A stretch of DNA of 62,482 bases, the filler included. It is 13 parts of 13 records of this genome, joined end to end, with 100 filler letters (N's around TTAATTAATTAA, not from the genome) between each part and the next. Parts side by side here need not be neighbours in the genome. Positions count along the whole stretch, not along the records: positions 1 to 12,164 come from SRR7504441_3983; 12 more parts are not named here. One strand, given 5' to 3'. Made by a program: the position numbers and the translations under genes. The number at the start of each line of letters is the position of its first letter. The first letter of the stretch is position 1. Shown in pieces: positions 1-12,164 of this stretch. Below the pieces are notes generated by a model. It saw only the letters and a program-made list of their open reading frames with translations, did no database searches and was not told the origin of the DNA.

Positions 1-186
1 GCTGGCCGCCTGACTGGCCCGCTCGAACGCGACCGTCACCAGCTGGTCGGACATGCCCTTGGCCTTGAGGAAGCTCTTCTTCTTCTCGACGTCGTCCGAC
101 GCCTGGACCTTGGGCGACAGCAGGAAACCGAGCGCCTGTGCCAGCATCGCCTCGTCCAGCCCACTGCTACTGCCTGCCGCCTGCAT
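1..186 (-). CDS. PEX14: Pex14 N-terminal domain protein, 5' part (runs off window start)
   Basis: Manual translation MQAAGSSSGLDEAMLAQALGFLLSPKVQASDDVEKKKSFLKAKGMSDQLVTVAF fits the Pex14_N pattern (A..FL..P.V......K..FL..KG). Not in the ORF track. Confidence 0.7.
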   Translation of the reverse strand, partial: MQAAGSSSGLDEAMLAQALGFLLSPKVQASDDVEKKKSFLKAKGMSDQLVTVAFERASQAAS

Positions 187-246
187 GCTGCTGGCGCGCT
201 TCACGCCCAATTAGTTCCGTTATCTCGTTTTTCAAGCAGGCGCGGG

Positions 247-2931
247 ATGGAGCTGAACGACAGCCACGCGAATGCGGCCTTCAAGGTGTTTTACCAGAAG
301 AGCTTCAAGGAGGCGCCGGCCGACACGGTCCGCTTCTTCGACCGGAAGGGCTTCTTCACAGTGCACGACCAGAACGCGCTGTTCGTGGCCGACACCTACT
401 TCAAAACCCAGGCGGCGCTCAAGACGGGCAGCGGGCTGAGCTACGCCACCGTCTCGCAGCAGATGTTCCAGACCATGCTGCGCGACCTGCTCTGCGAGCG
501 CGGGTACCGGGTGGAGTTGTGGCAGGGCTCGGGCGGGGCCTGGAACCGGACTCACCAGGCCTCGCCGGGCAACCTGCAGGCGTTTGAGGACATGCTGGAC
601 GGCAACGCCATGTACGGGGTGGCCACCATCCTGGCGCTCAAAGTGGCCCCGGGCAGCGGGCACAAACTGGTGGGCGTGGCGATTGCCGACTCAAGCATGC
701 AGACTTTTGGCCTCTGCGAGTTTGCAGACGACGACGAGTACAGCACCCTCGAGTCTGTGTTGGTTCAGGTCAGCGCGAAGGAGTGCCTCTATAGCGCCGA
801 TATGGAGGAAGCTGAGTTGGCCAAGCTGCAGACAGTGTTGCAGCGCTGTGAGGTTGTTCCAACCGAGAGGAAGCGCGGTGATTTTGTGGCGAAGGAAGTC
901 GAAGCCGACATCACACGGCTGTCAAGCACCAAGTACTTGACCGCTGATTTCCAGAAGACACATGCGCTCTCTGCTGCGGCGTGTGTAATCAAGTACTTGG
1001 GGCTCACGACAGATCAGCTAAACTTTGGGCATTACAAGATGCTTGATTTTGACGTCTCGAAATTCATGAAGCTTGACAGTGCGGCAATACGTGCGATGCA
1101 CGTGACTCCAAGTGGTGAGGGTGCCCACAAGTGCACCAGTTTGTATGGGGTATTGAATAAGTGTAAGACGGCTATGGGTCAGCGACGGTTGATGCAGTGG
1201 CTGAAGCAACCACTGCTGGACATTCAGCAGATAGAGCAAAGGCTTGACCTCGTTGAGACTTTTATGGACGACACAATGCTTCGCGAGTCACTCATGGAGT
1301 ACTTGAAGCGTGTCCCTGATATGGACCGAATGGCTAAGAAGTTTGCAGCCAGAAAAGCTGGCCTGCAGGACTGTGTGAGTCTCTATACCTTTGTCAAGAG
1401 TCTCCCTGAACTCGTGGACTGCTTCGGTTCGCACAGTGGCAGCCAGGAAGAGCTACTGAAATCCAAGTTCTTGTCTATAATCGAGGATGCCAGGCAAGAC
1501 TGCGCTCCACTGGAGAAGCTTGTTGAAAGCTCCATCAATCTCAAGCTGGTTGACCAACACATCTACGAAGTTAACCCTTCGTTTGACCCGTCCCTGGGAG
1601 AATTGGATGAGCAACGCAAACAAATTGAAGCTGAGATAGATGGCGAGTATAACCAGCTCGTCAATGACATATCATCTTCAATCAAGCTTGAGTTCAACGC
1701 TCAGTATGGCAAGCACTTGAGGGTGACTCGAAAGGATGAGAAGGCGATTAGAGGTAACAACAAATTGATGAGTTTGGCCACACTCAAAGCGGGGTGCCTT
1801 TACACGACAAAAATCTTGAAAGGGCTTAGTGAAAGCTACTTGGCAGCAAATGCAGAGTATGAGAAGTGCCAGAGGGACTTGGTGAAAAAATGTGTGGAGG
1901 TTGTGGCCTCCTATGTGCCAATAATGGAGGATATGCGTAATGTTCTGTCCGAACTTGATGTATTCTTGAGTTTTGCGCATGCATCAGTGAGTGCGCCTAA
2001 ACAGTACATTAGACCAAAGCTTTCAGATACTGGTAAGGGCGACATCGTTCTCAAACAGGCACGGCATCCCTGCCTCGAACTGCTTGACGACAGCACAATC
2101 TCATTCATCCCAAACGATGTGAGCCTGGTCAGGGGATCGTCTCAACTTCAGATCATAACAGGTCCTAACATGGGTGGGAAATCGACCTACATCCGCATGG
2201 TGGGCATGATTTCATTGATGGCACAAGTTGGATGTTTCGTGCCTTGTGAGGAGGCCACTCTCTGCGTGTGTGATTGCATCCTGGCTCGTGTTGGAGCCGG
2301 GGATAGCCAGCTCCATGGGGTTTCTACATTCATGCAAGAGATGCTGGAGACAGCCTTTATTTTGAGGACTGCGACTTCGAGATCGCTCGTCATAATTGAT
2401 GAGCTTGGTAGAGGCACGTCCACGTACGATGGCTTTGGACTGGCATGGGCAATATCGGAACATCTTGCCGTCAAAACCAAGGCCATGTGTCTCTTTGCCA
2501 CCCACTTCCATGAGCTCACAGCCCTTGCCGACGAGGCTGATGGCGTGAAAAATGTGCATGTGTCTGCCCATTCGGAACAGAACAAGCTTACTATGTTGTA
2601 CAAAGTTGTCGATGGTCCCTGCGACCAAAGTTTTGGCATACATGTGGCAGAGATGGTCAAGTTTCCAGAACATGTGGTGCAGATGGCAAAGCGCAAAGCT
2701 GATGAGCTGGAAAATTTTGGTTGTGCCGCACCTGGGAACGTGTCCAAGCGGCAGTGCTCAGAGGAGGCGCAGGCGGAAGTTATCCTTCAAAACTTTCTCA
2801 AGCAATTCGCTTCATTGCCTCTCGATACCATGACCACTGATGACATTCTCCCTTCTATAGCTCGCCTCACCGAAAGCTTAGCCTCGCAAGGCGCATCCCA
2901 TCCTTCAATCACAGCATTGATGAGCAAGTGA
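247..2931 (+). CDS. MSH2: DNA mismatch repair protein MSH2 (894 aa, intronless)
   Basis: MutS motifs TGPNMGGKSTYIR, GVSTFM, IIDELGRGTSTYDGFG, FATHFHEL; MSH2-type N-terminus (TVRFFDR, QASPGNL). Confidence 0.97.
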   Translation: MELNDSHANAAFKVFYQKSFKEAPADTVRFFDRKGFFTVHDQNALFVADTYFKTQAALKTGSGLSYATVSQQMFQTMLRDLLCERGYRVELWQGSGGAWNRTHQASPGNLQAFEDMLDGNAMYGVATILALKVAPGSGHKLVGVAIADSSMQTFGLCEFADDDEYSTLESVLVQVSAKECLYSADMEEAELAKLQTVLQRCEVVPTERKRGDFVAKEVEADITRLSSTKYLTADFQKTHALSAAACVIKYLGLTTDQLNFGHYKMLDFDVSKFMKLDSAAIRAMHVTPSGEGAHKCTSLYGVLNKCKTAMGQRRLMQWLKQPLLDIQQIEQRLDLVETFMDDTMLRESLMEYLKRVPDMDRMAKKFAARKAGLQDCVSLYTFVKSLPELVDCFGSHSGSQEELLKSKFLSIIEDARQDCAPLEKLVESSINLKLVDQHIYEVNPSFDPSLGELDEQRKQIEAEIDGEYNQLVNDISSSIKLEFNAQYGKHLRVTRKDEKAIRGNNKLMSLATLKAGCLYTTKILKGLSESYLAANAEYEKCQRDLVKKCVEVVASYVPIMEDMRNVLSELDVFLSFAHASVSAPKQYIRPKLSDTGKGDIVLKQARHPCLELLDDSTISFIPNDVSLVRGSSQLQIITGPNMGGKSTYIRMVGMISLMAQVGCFVPCEEATLCVCDCILARVGAGDSQLHGVSTFMQEMLETAFILRTATSRSLVIIDELGRGTSTYDGFGLAWAISEHLAVKTKAMCLFATHFHELTALADEADGVKNVHVSAHSEQNKLTMLYKVVDGPCDQSFGIHVAEMVKFPEHVVQMAKRKADELENFGCAAPGNVSKRQCSEEAQAEVILQNFLKQFASLPLDTMTTDDILPSIARLTESLASQGASHPSITALMSK

Positions 2932-3323
2932 TAGTGCTACAAGGGTATGCAGAGGCTCATATGCATCGGCATGAACTGAAGTATAAACTGAAGTATAGAT
3001 ACGAGTACTAGTGCCCCGGCTGCGGCAGTACCGTACCGCCGGCCTCACATGGCCTAGTATTGAGCCGGTTAGCCGGCGCTTTCACGTGTGTTTTGACGTA
3101 CTGCGCACTTACTACGCACTGTTGTAACTTAGTTGTAACTGCTAGCTATGCGCATAATGTAGGAATAGTGTACCTATTGAGTAGACATGCATGGGACCTG
3201 TAGACAATGTACGAGTATATCGAATTCATGCGAATTATCGATCGGTTTCGCGGGTTCTCTCGATGTTACGATGTTCTTTCGACGGGCATTGCATTTTTTA
3301 TTCACGTGCTTCGATATACGAAA

Positions 3324-3913
3324 ATGCCTCCCAAGGGTGCTGGCCTGACCATCCGCGTTCGGGTGCTGGCGGGAGGCGGCGAGTCGTTCGCGGGGGACCG
3401 ATTCGGTCAGCGCTTTGCTGGCCTGGTGCTTGCTCACTCTTGTGACTGGCAGGCGTGCTGAAGCCTTTTGTGGCTGTCACAGTGGTCGGGCAGTGTGCCG
3501 GCAAAACGAGCTGCGAGAAGCGCACACGCACAGCCAAGCCTGGGGAGCCGTGCCCCGAGTGGAACGAGGATCTAGACTTGTGCGCCGCACCCGGCTGCTG
3601 GGCTCTCATAGGTGGCCGGCAGTGGGACCCCGGAAGCCCCCATCGAGGCGCCCGAGTGCCTGAAGCTGCGCGTGTTCGACGAGGTGCCACGCCCGTTGCC
3701 CGGCACAGACCTGGTGCAGGATATGTTCAATGCCGACCTGATTGGTGAGGCCGAGCACGACTTCAGTGACCTGCAGCTGGAGGACGGCCGGCCGCAACCC
3801 TTCAGTGAGACCGCCGGTTGCAGGGCCGCTTACCGCTGGGTCGGGCAGAGCTCATGCTTTCACTGACGCAAGATGCGTTTGTTAGGGTGGTAGTGACGAT
3901 GCGCAAGTGCTGA
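3324..3913 (+). CDS. Small C2-domain protein, spliced (about 4 mini-introns)
   Basis: Spliced reading ...LKPFVAVTV...KRTRT...PEWNEDL...LKLRVFDEDMFNADLIGEA matches the C2 pattern; GT-AG introns restore the frame. Confidence 0.7.
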
Positions 3914-4079
3914 CCTGCAGTTGTCCGATAAACATAGAGATCCTAATGACAGCTTGATTGATGAGTTTGCATCAATACGCGAGAGTACCGCAGACTGGCG
4001 CAGAGTTGATGCTCAGGCATTCACTAGGTATTCATGATAGTTGTGAAGTTAAAATTATTAAATCAAAAATGTACACTAG

Positions 4080-5625
4080 CTACAACCCGAACGTCGGGCC
4101 CGCATTTGGCGTATCCGCAGCATTGTCCACCACACCAGAATACGTGGGGCACACCGCCTTAATTGCCTTGTACGCTGCTTTGCCTCCATACCTGCTAGCT
4201 TGTCAAGCAGGGAGGGGTGGAGACGTCGAGCTCACCTATGATACAGCTGCAGCGTATCCTCGACTAGCGGCCCCAGGCTCGGACCCGACCTGATATCCGC
4301 GTCCAGTGCACCGTCAGAGTAGCCACTCCCTGCACCGGCCGTTCATGCAAGCGCAGCTGCCAGGGCGCACAGCTCTGCTGATGCAGCAGCCTTCTGAGAC
4401 ATGGGAGCAGCTTCTTCATAAACGGAAGCAGCGCCTTGCGTGTGAGCTTGCCCACCTGCGCCCTCCCGTCAGCGGAGCCACTCGGTTGTTGGCTGCCTGG
4501 ATCAGCTGGTTGAGACTGGAAACCACCGCCACGCTCACAGCTGGATCGCTCTCGCCCAGTCCGCCTGCCAGAGCATCGGATCAGTGTACGCAGGGCGGCT
4601 GGGCACTTCGGATCTCGTGCACCACCAGCGGCACCGCACCCGCCACATACTTATCCTCGCCAGCCTGGAGCAGGTCGCGGGTGCCGCACCGAGCAAACAG
4701 CATGTACGGCTCTGGCCCAGCACTCAGGCTCCGCCGCGCCCGGGGGCTGCCTTCGAGCTCGACCAGCCCTCCGAAGAACATGGGCAGGTACGTGTCGTAG
4801 TCGAGCAGATGCGGCGCCACCTAGCTCGCGCTCAGCCCAGCCCAGCCAGCCAGCCACCTCCCAGACCACGTTTCCCCCGGAAGGGTGCGACAGCGGCCGG
4901 CCAGAAGACACTGGCAGGTCGCCCCGGTCGTAAAACTGCCGCATCACAGTGTTCCGCCGTCGTGGCTTGGTCGGGCGGGCGCGGGCCGACTTGGCTGTCT
5001 GAGGCCTCTGGGTCGGGCCAGTCTCGCCAGGGGCGCTGGTTCGAGTGCAGCTGCCCCGCGACTCGAGCGCCAGGCTGTTGACTGTGCTGGCCGGGCTGCT
5101 CTTCCGCGACGAGGCCCGCGACGGGCGTGGAGCTGCGAGCGAGCGGCCGGTTGCTGAGCCGGCCGGGGAGGGAGCGGCCATGCAAGACACCGACCTGCAC
5201 CCGGATGAGCCCAGCCCGTGTCCAGTGCACCTGCGCGACGCCTCGGCCTGCACCGCGACCTCGCGCTGCCGGGCCTGGCTGGCACCCGACGCCACTGTAT
5301 TTCGGGACGGTGGGCGCGGTGGGGCTCTCCTGGGACCGCGGTTGGGCTACTCGAGCGGGGCAGCGAGTCACCGTTGCTGCGCTCGCTTTTCCCGCCGGCG
5401 GAAGGAGTCTGACGTCGAAGAGAAGCTGCCAGCGCCGGCTGAGCGGCGGTGCTGGTCGGCTGCGGCACCGGCCGGTGGTAGGCTGTTTCCAGTCGTTCGA
5501 GACGTCGAACAGGTCCTGCCGCACGTCGTAGTGCGACGCATCCAGCTCCCTGCCCAGCCCTCGCCCGAGCCGGCCAGCTCCCAGCACCGGGCCGACCGAA
5601 GCTCTCCGCTGCGCGAGGTCGGCAT
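4080..5625 (-). CDS. PACRG-family (parkin co-regulated, axonemal) protein with N-terminal extension, multi-exon
   Basis: RQFYDRGDLP, LDYDTYLPMFFGGLVELEEPY..FA..GTRDLL, and C-terminal EDTLQLYHRYGGKAAYKAIKAVCPTY. Start and 5' exons are less certain. Confidence 0.8.
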
Positions 5626-5719
5626 TTTTTTCCCCGATTGCTAATATAAAATCCGGACGCCGTTTGTCGCTAGCCGTTAATCATGGCTGGGAGGTGGACC
5701 AGCTGACAGGGCCAAGTAG

Positions 5720-6957
5720 ATGACAGGGCCGGAGGATGAGGAGGCGGTGGAGGCGCGGCTGTTCGGGATCGAGTGCAAGCTCTCCCAGCTGGAGCGGCTG
5801 TGGCACTCGCTGGACGCCCACCAGCTCATCCAGCTCACCCAGCACGTGGAGCAGAACTGCAACCAGGTGATCGCGCTGTCGGCCAGCCAGGAGCGCGCCC
5901 AGAACGACGAGGCCCTCCAGTCCATGTTTGTGGCCCGGGTGCGGCCGGTTGGCCACCCTTGGCTGACCCAGGCCGGCAGGTGGCCTCCGGGATCAGCGCC
6001 ACCGCCGCCGAGATCGCCAGCGTGAACAGGGCGCTTGCACAGCTGGAGCAGACAGTGCCCAGCCGGTTGCAGCCCGACAAGTACGAGGAGCAGCTCCGGT
6101 CGGTCCAGCGCCGCACGCTCACACAGATAGAGGCTGCCGAGAACATCGACGAGATGGTCAAAGAGATCGAGGGCCGCGGGGTGCTGTCAGCCAGCCTGCC
6201 CCAGCTGCAGGCCCTCCGCCAGTCTGCCGATACCACAGCCGAGCGCGCGGCTCGTGTGCTGAGCCGGAGCCGTGGCCTGGCGCTGAAGAAGGAAATGCAG
6301 CAGGCCCGGAGCGAATGGGCGGTCAACCATTGCAGCATACAGCTGTTGCTCAAATTGGCCAATGCAGCCGGTGGTCGGCTGGAGCTGCAGGACGCCAAGC
6401 ATGTGTCCGACGTGCTGGCCGCCCTGTGCCGTGAGACGGCCGAGCTGCATGCAGACAGGCCGCCACCTGAGCAGATTGCAGAGCTGCAGCGGTTGGCCCA
6501 GGAAACACGGAGCGAGTGCGATCAGCAGCAGGCGGCTGCGCACAAGATGCTGGTCGCCGCGGGTGCGGGCTCCGAGTACGAGCAGGCCACGCTAGTTGGG
6601 ATCGTGGAGGCGGTGCAAGAGCAGATAGCCACTGCCAGCGCACGGGCAGCCAAGCTGGAACAGCATCTGGAGGCCGAGGATGAGGGGGTGCCGCCTGACA
6701 GCACGGAGGCCAGCCTGGACGCGTGCGCAGAACACCTAGACGCGGTGGAAGCTACCGTGGACATGATGCGAGTCCGAGTGGAGGAGCACCAAGATTTCAT
6801 TTGCGAAATGTACGAGCTTATTAATGAGGCCAAGGCCAAATCGGAGGAGGTGGCTTCACCCCAAATGGCTGCACTAGGCAGGGTCAGAAAGGCAGTTAAT
6901 GCTATTACAGCTGCTCAGCGGTTGTCTGGAGCGCAGCCACAGGATAACACGACATGA
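5720..6957 (+). CDS. Uncharacterised coiled-coil protein (one mini-intron near 5939-5979)
   Basis: ORFs 5720-6025 and 5773-6957 are joined by a GT-AG intron; heptad-rich E/Q/A/L composition. Confidence 0.6.
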
Positions 6958-7076
6958 GTGTGCAGGCTAGCATAACTAATAACTCAAAAAAAGTACATGT
7001 AGTTCAAGGTTCAGTACAAGTTGATGTGCCGGTAGTTTAATACCACTAACTCACGTTAACATCAGCTGGATTTATG

Positions 7077-8302
7077 CTACCACATCTCGAGCTTGTTCGT
7101 CTTGTCCGGGTTGTTGCGATGCCAAAACTCAGTGAAATGCTCTATGTATGCCTGGTGGTGCTGCCGGACCTGAGCGCGCTGCATCAGTGCCGACCGGGCT
7201 GACATCTAAGGATATCTTAATTGATTTACCTGCTCAGAAGTAGGCTTCTCGATTTTGGGAAGCTGATACGCGTCCCCAACGCAGAGCAAGATATGTGCCG
7301 GCCGCATCAGCGGTGGACACAGCCACACTCCCCAAGGCAGTACTGCTGGGAGTCCAAGGCTGCACCACCGTGTCATGGGCCCGGCTGTGGCTGAGAGACC
7401 TATTGAGGAATAACCGAATGCTCCATCCACCCTGACCAGAGGCTGAGCACGGCCTGCTGGCAGCTACCTGCAGGTTAGAGAACGTTTGGCTCTCACCAAA
7501 GCAGTAACAAGGGGTCAGCGAGTAGCCGTGCATCAGTGCGTACCTGGCTGCCACTCAGTGCCCGTTGCAGCGTGTGGCAACTTGACAAAGCCGGCCCGGC
7601 GCTTGAGGTACACGCGGCAGATTTGCGAGTGATGAATAGTCGCCTCCTCAAATCCGCCTGCTGCAGCGTGAGACCGCCCTGCAGGGACCGAAGACCTGGG
7701 ATAATAGCCCAGCTCTCCCTCTTGGCCAGCAGCTTCGTGATCGCCGACTTGCTTGCTGAGGCCGGCTGCGTACACCCTCAGCGAGCAGGCTTTCGCAGCA
7801 GCCTCACATTTCCCACCAGTCTGGAGAACAGCCGGAACGCAGGCGAAATCAGTAGCACAGACGAGAAGCAGAATTTCATTCTCCGGAATTGCGGCAGCAT
7901 GTAAGCGAGACCCCAGCCCATACTGAAAACGCCGTGAGGGTGCACGCACATCACTGTCGGGCGGGCCGGATCCGCACCCAGGTTGGCCAATGGCTCGATC
8001 CGGAGCTTGCAGGAAGCGAAATAGAGCGGACAATTCCTGAGATAGAACTCTCTCACCGCTGAGCACACCGCTGCGGGCAGAGGCAGCCACGATAGGACCG
8101 CGAGCCCGATGATCATGGTACCGGTGGTGTACCAGCCGCACAGAACAGCCACCGGCAACCCGACCAGGCTCAGCAGGCTGCCGACCCAGATGACCGGATA
8201 CGAGAGCACTGCGAGAAGCCCACAAATCCTCTGCCCAGCAGTGGCACGCTGGCCCACTTCCAAACCGCCCAGGCAGATGTCTGTGGGGGAATCGCGGGCC
8301 AT
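7077..8302 (-). CDS. DGAT2/MOGAT-family acyltransferase, multi-exon
   Basis: HPHG catalytic motif, IIPGGFEEA, VYLKRRAGFVKYAL, YCFGE, PKIEKPTSEQV; all introns checked are GT-AG. Confidence 0.88.
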
Positions 8303-8412
8303 CTCGCTCTGCTGTGCAACTTCTCGCCGACTGCCTGGGCTCGCGGGCTAACACTGCGAAGTTTGCCGTTGGCCGAACAATAAAGTGGCGCTCGACTACG
8401 AACCCTGCAGCG

Positions 8413-9397
8413 ATGGGATGGGGTAACGCAGCGCCTCCTAGCCCCGCACCCCCCCGGCTAGCTGGGCCTGGTCGGCGCCCGGCTCGCTGTGCCTGCGCAT
8501 TGAGCGGTGCGCGCGGTGCAGACGATAGCGACGAAGATGACTGGGAGAGCAACGCCGATGCCCAGATCACCAAAAAGACTGCTGCGGCAAAGACGACCTG
8601 GGAGGACGACGACGATGAGTCCGAGCCGGTGCGGCTGGCAGCAGCGGAGTTGCTTTGACCCACTGCTTGCGTTCGCAGGAGGACAATGTAGTGGCATCAA
8701 AGCCAAAGAACGAGAACAAAAAGGTCGTGTCCAAGGCCAAGTCGAAGAAAGACCTGCTGAAGGGCATGAAGAACTCGACTGCCGACGCGGTACTAGTGTC
8801 GGGCCGCACTGCCGGCATGAGCCTGCGCAGGAGCCGGTGGACCCCGTGGCCGAGAAGCTCCGGCTGCAGAAGCTGGTAGAAGACGAAGACCTGGTGCCCC
8901 CCGGGCCAGCTCGCGCCGAGCGGGGCCGGCTCAGGCGATATCGTCGGAGCTGTTCGGGGAGGACACCTCCGGGGGCTCCGCGGCCAACCCCAAGACCAAG
9001 ACTGAGTTTGAGGCGTTTGCCACCATCCTGGGGAACAAGCTGAAGGAGCACGAGGTGCCGTGGGCGCCGCAGCCCAAAGGAACCGGCTGGGCAGGGGTCG
9101 CCACACTACTCCACATGCCTGAAAGCCCTGCTCAGAGTGGCCCTCGAGAACAGCCCCAGCTCGGTGAGGCTGCCAAACAGTGCTGTTGTTAAGCCTGCCC
9201 AGGTGAGCAAGGAGGTAGCCACACTGTGCAACACTCAGAGCGCTGAGAAGCAGAGGAAGGAGAAGGAAGAGGCAAACAAAGGCAAGAAGAAGAAAACAAA
9301 AGCCTCGCTGCAGAAGGACCATGGGGATTTCATGGACGCCGGTCTTGGACACGATGACTATGACGACGTGGGCTTTGACGATGGCGACTTCATGTAA
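8413..9397 (+). CDS. EIF3J: Translation initiation factor eIF3 subunit J (Hcr1), multi-exon
   Basis: Acidic N-terminus (DDWES, TTWEDDDD), DPVAEKLRLQKLVEDEDL, PKTKTEFEAF, EKQRKEKE, C-terminal DDGDFM. Confidence 0.88.
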
Positions 9398-9611
9398 GCT
9401 AGTGCATGGCTGGAATTTTCTCGGGGCCTCATGGCCTCATGTTCCGTTGGGTTGAGAGAATGGTAAAGAGGCATCGCTTTATGGGTTTTACGGTCGCATT
9501 CATTACCGCATTGCCATCGTTCAAATTTCAAAATACGTTCACGCCAACGGTCGTGCTAATGCAGTTTATTCGGTTTATTCAGCTTTTTCGCTAGCTCTTG
9601 TGCATTCTAGT

Positions 9612-9691
9612 TGAGCCGTCGATCGGGTTCCCGTGGCTCTACTCCATTCGACGAGTAACTCACTTCCTTCATGAGCCGTCGATCGGGTTCC
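9612..9691 (+). repeat. Two exact 20-nt direct repeats TGAGCCGTCGATCGGGTTCC, period 60 nt
   Basis: Copies at 9612-9631 and 9672-9691, just upstream of the ATG at 9734. Confidence 0.9.
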
Positions 9692-9733
9692 GCGCGGGTC
9701 CTGAACGCGGCCGAATTTCGAACTCTTTGAAGC

Positions 9734-11280
9734 ATGGCCGCGCTTTCGCCAGCAGAGAAGATCAAGGTGTGGTCAGACTGCGCCTGGCGCTCACCCGTGG
9801 CGCTGCAGCTGCACCGGATCGGCGACCGCGAGCTGGCGCAGGCCTTCAGCATCCCCCAGGACGGTGGATTCAGCTCGGACGAAGCTGACGAGACGTCCAC
9901 CGTCGACAGCGACTACGCGCCCCGTCTGCTGTTCCAGGAAGAGTCGAGCCAGGGCGACAGCGAGAGCACCGACGATGAGGGCTATCACGCAGCAGTGACC
10001 GACCAGAGGTCCGCGGCTGACGCCGAATGCTTTTGAGCTCGGACGCCGGCAGGGCGTGGAGGGCTGGAGACGAGGGCAGCTTGCACCAGCCAGAGTGGTC
10101 TGTGTCGCCGAAGGCGCGTGCCGAGATCCTGGAGCACCTGGAGGCGACACAGCAGCGTCTCGAATGCGCGCAGGAGGTGAGCTGCCTCGAGTGGCCCGAC
10201 GTAGACAGACAGGGCAGGTCCTGGAGTTTGCTGAGGACGAGAAGGTGGAGTTGGAGGACCAGCTTGATGCGTCGATCATGGAGAACACAGACCTCGAGAT
10301 TGAGAACATGCGGCTCCGTGAAGAGAAGCTGCTGCTGCAAGCTGGTCGGCCAGCCTCGCCCACACGAATAGTTGACCCATGCACAGAGAATGATCGGCTG
10401 GCTGAGCTGCTCGAAGAGGCTGATCGCACTCAGACCCAGCTGCTCGAGGAATCCGAAGAGCTGCGCCGGCAACTTGAAGTCCGTGACCTTCGTGGGTCGA
10501 AAACTCAGGTAATGATATTACTCCTGTCGTCAACATTGAGCTGTGCTCTCACAGGAGCAGCTGCATCTGCGAGAGGCCGACTTGGAGCTTGCGGAGTCAC
10601 ATGTCTCTGTGCTGAGGGCACATCAGAATCTGGAGACCCGGCGGATTGAGGAGGTGGCGCTGTGGCGTGGCGTACTGGACTGAGTCAAGTGCACGCAGGC
10701 AGAGCAGGAGGCGGAGCTTTGGAGGCAGCATGCGCAGGAGCTCCTTGACCACGTCCACGAGCTGTTGCCATACGAGGTATCATTGCGTGACTTGGCCGCC
10801 TGATGGTCGGGTCCAGGAGGAAGAAAATGAGACAGTAGCTGAAAAGCCAACCGAGATGCTTGAAGCAACAATTGAGCACCTTCGTAACCAGGCGGAGATC
10901 CTTCGTAACCGAGTCAAGGTACCGGTGCCTACATTGGGCCACATAGTCACCTCTGAGTGCAGGAAGAAACGCGAAGGGCTAATGTGGCTGAAGGTGCTGC
11001 AGAAGTCTTCTCCCTGAGGAGCCCTCGGTCAAAGGAAGAGGTTGATGAGATTGAGCTCGACAACGCCATACTGACAAAGAGGATGGCTGACTACGAGACC
11101 CAGCTAGTCGAGCACAGGAATGATCTCGTGCGTCAGCTGAACACTCCACAGAAAAGCATGAGAGTAGAACCGCAGCCCGACACGCCGTATGATGACGACG
11201 ATGTCCAGCCGATGGGCCTCAAACCCAAGTATGATTTTGAACGGTCGCGATATGCAGTCATCCCGGAGACTGCGTACTGA
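9734..11280 (+). CDS. Uncharacterised coiled-coil protein, multi-exon
   Basis: Chain of acidic, coiled-coil ORF fragments separated by short GT-AG segments. Confidence 0.55.
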
Positions 11281-11519
11281 GCACTGCTAGAGCTGCAATG
11301 CTCGGATCTGTTTCTCTCTAGTGCACATGGATGCACACATGAGGATCTATCAAGATCTCACAACAGGTCTTGGTCTGAGACATGATTGTGGAGTAGTACA
11401 TTAAATTAAGGATGCGTACGGATGTGATGCTGGGATCTCGCAAAACACTAGATTAGTGTTCAAAATGGCACTAGTTACATGTAAAGGTAAGTACGTTTTA
11501 TCAGAAAGCATAAAACTGT

Positions 11520-12164
11520 CTAGCTACACTTTGCTATACATGTATGCGTACTCTCTACCTTGTGCATCGATGTTGTTCCTCTCGTCCCATTGGCGTACCA
11601 GAATGCTAGAGCCGCGCTCACCGCAGCTGCACAGGCACCAACAGCTATAGCCATCTGGGCTAGCGTGGCTGCCACAGTGTTTCTTTTTATGGTTGGCCGA
11701 ATGTAAGTGCTCATCAGCAGTTTCCAGGCAGCCTGTGATGCCTCAAACCACGCAGAGTCCTCATCGCCCAGCATGTATATACCTGCCGACTAAAGGTCTA
11801 CAGACGTTCGTCGGTAGGCAACGCACCATACTTATTAAACGCCTCTGCCAGCGCATCCAGCTTCCGGGTGAGACCGCGGCAACTACCGCAACACTTGCAG
11901 GACGTGCAAAACTTGGCGTGCATTTCCAACCATCCCTTCATCAGAAACTCTGTCACAAAGATGATAAACGTGGATGGAAGTACGAACACTGAGCCAATCA
12001 CAATCGACCCAAATTTGAACCGAAACGCGTTGCTCACGGCACTCAACACCACTTGAGGCTCGCCTGCCAACAGCAGTCAGTGCTTCGGCCACAAGATCAC
12101 TACCCACTCTCCATGAACTGATGAAGCCGTACGGCCATCTTCTCTGGGGTATTACCCTCCTTTA
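11520..12164 (-). CDS. Choline transporter-like (CTL/SLC44/Pns1) family, 3' part
   Basis: VLSAVSNAFRFKFGSIVIGS, CKCC, AFNKYG|IYMLG...WFEASQAAWKLL resemble the CTL C-terminal domain. Truncated by spacer. Confidence 0.55.

Noticed and set aside
8423-8521. Longer first intron of eIF3j as a possible snoRNA host
   Set aside because: No C/D boxes or clear H/ACA structure seen.
9612-9691. Possible CRISPR mini-array (20-nt repeat, 40-nt spacer)
   Set aside because: Only two short repeats, no cas genes, and a eukaryotic promoter context.
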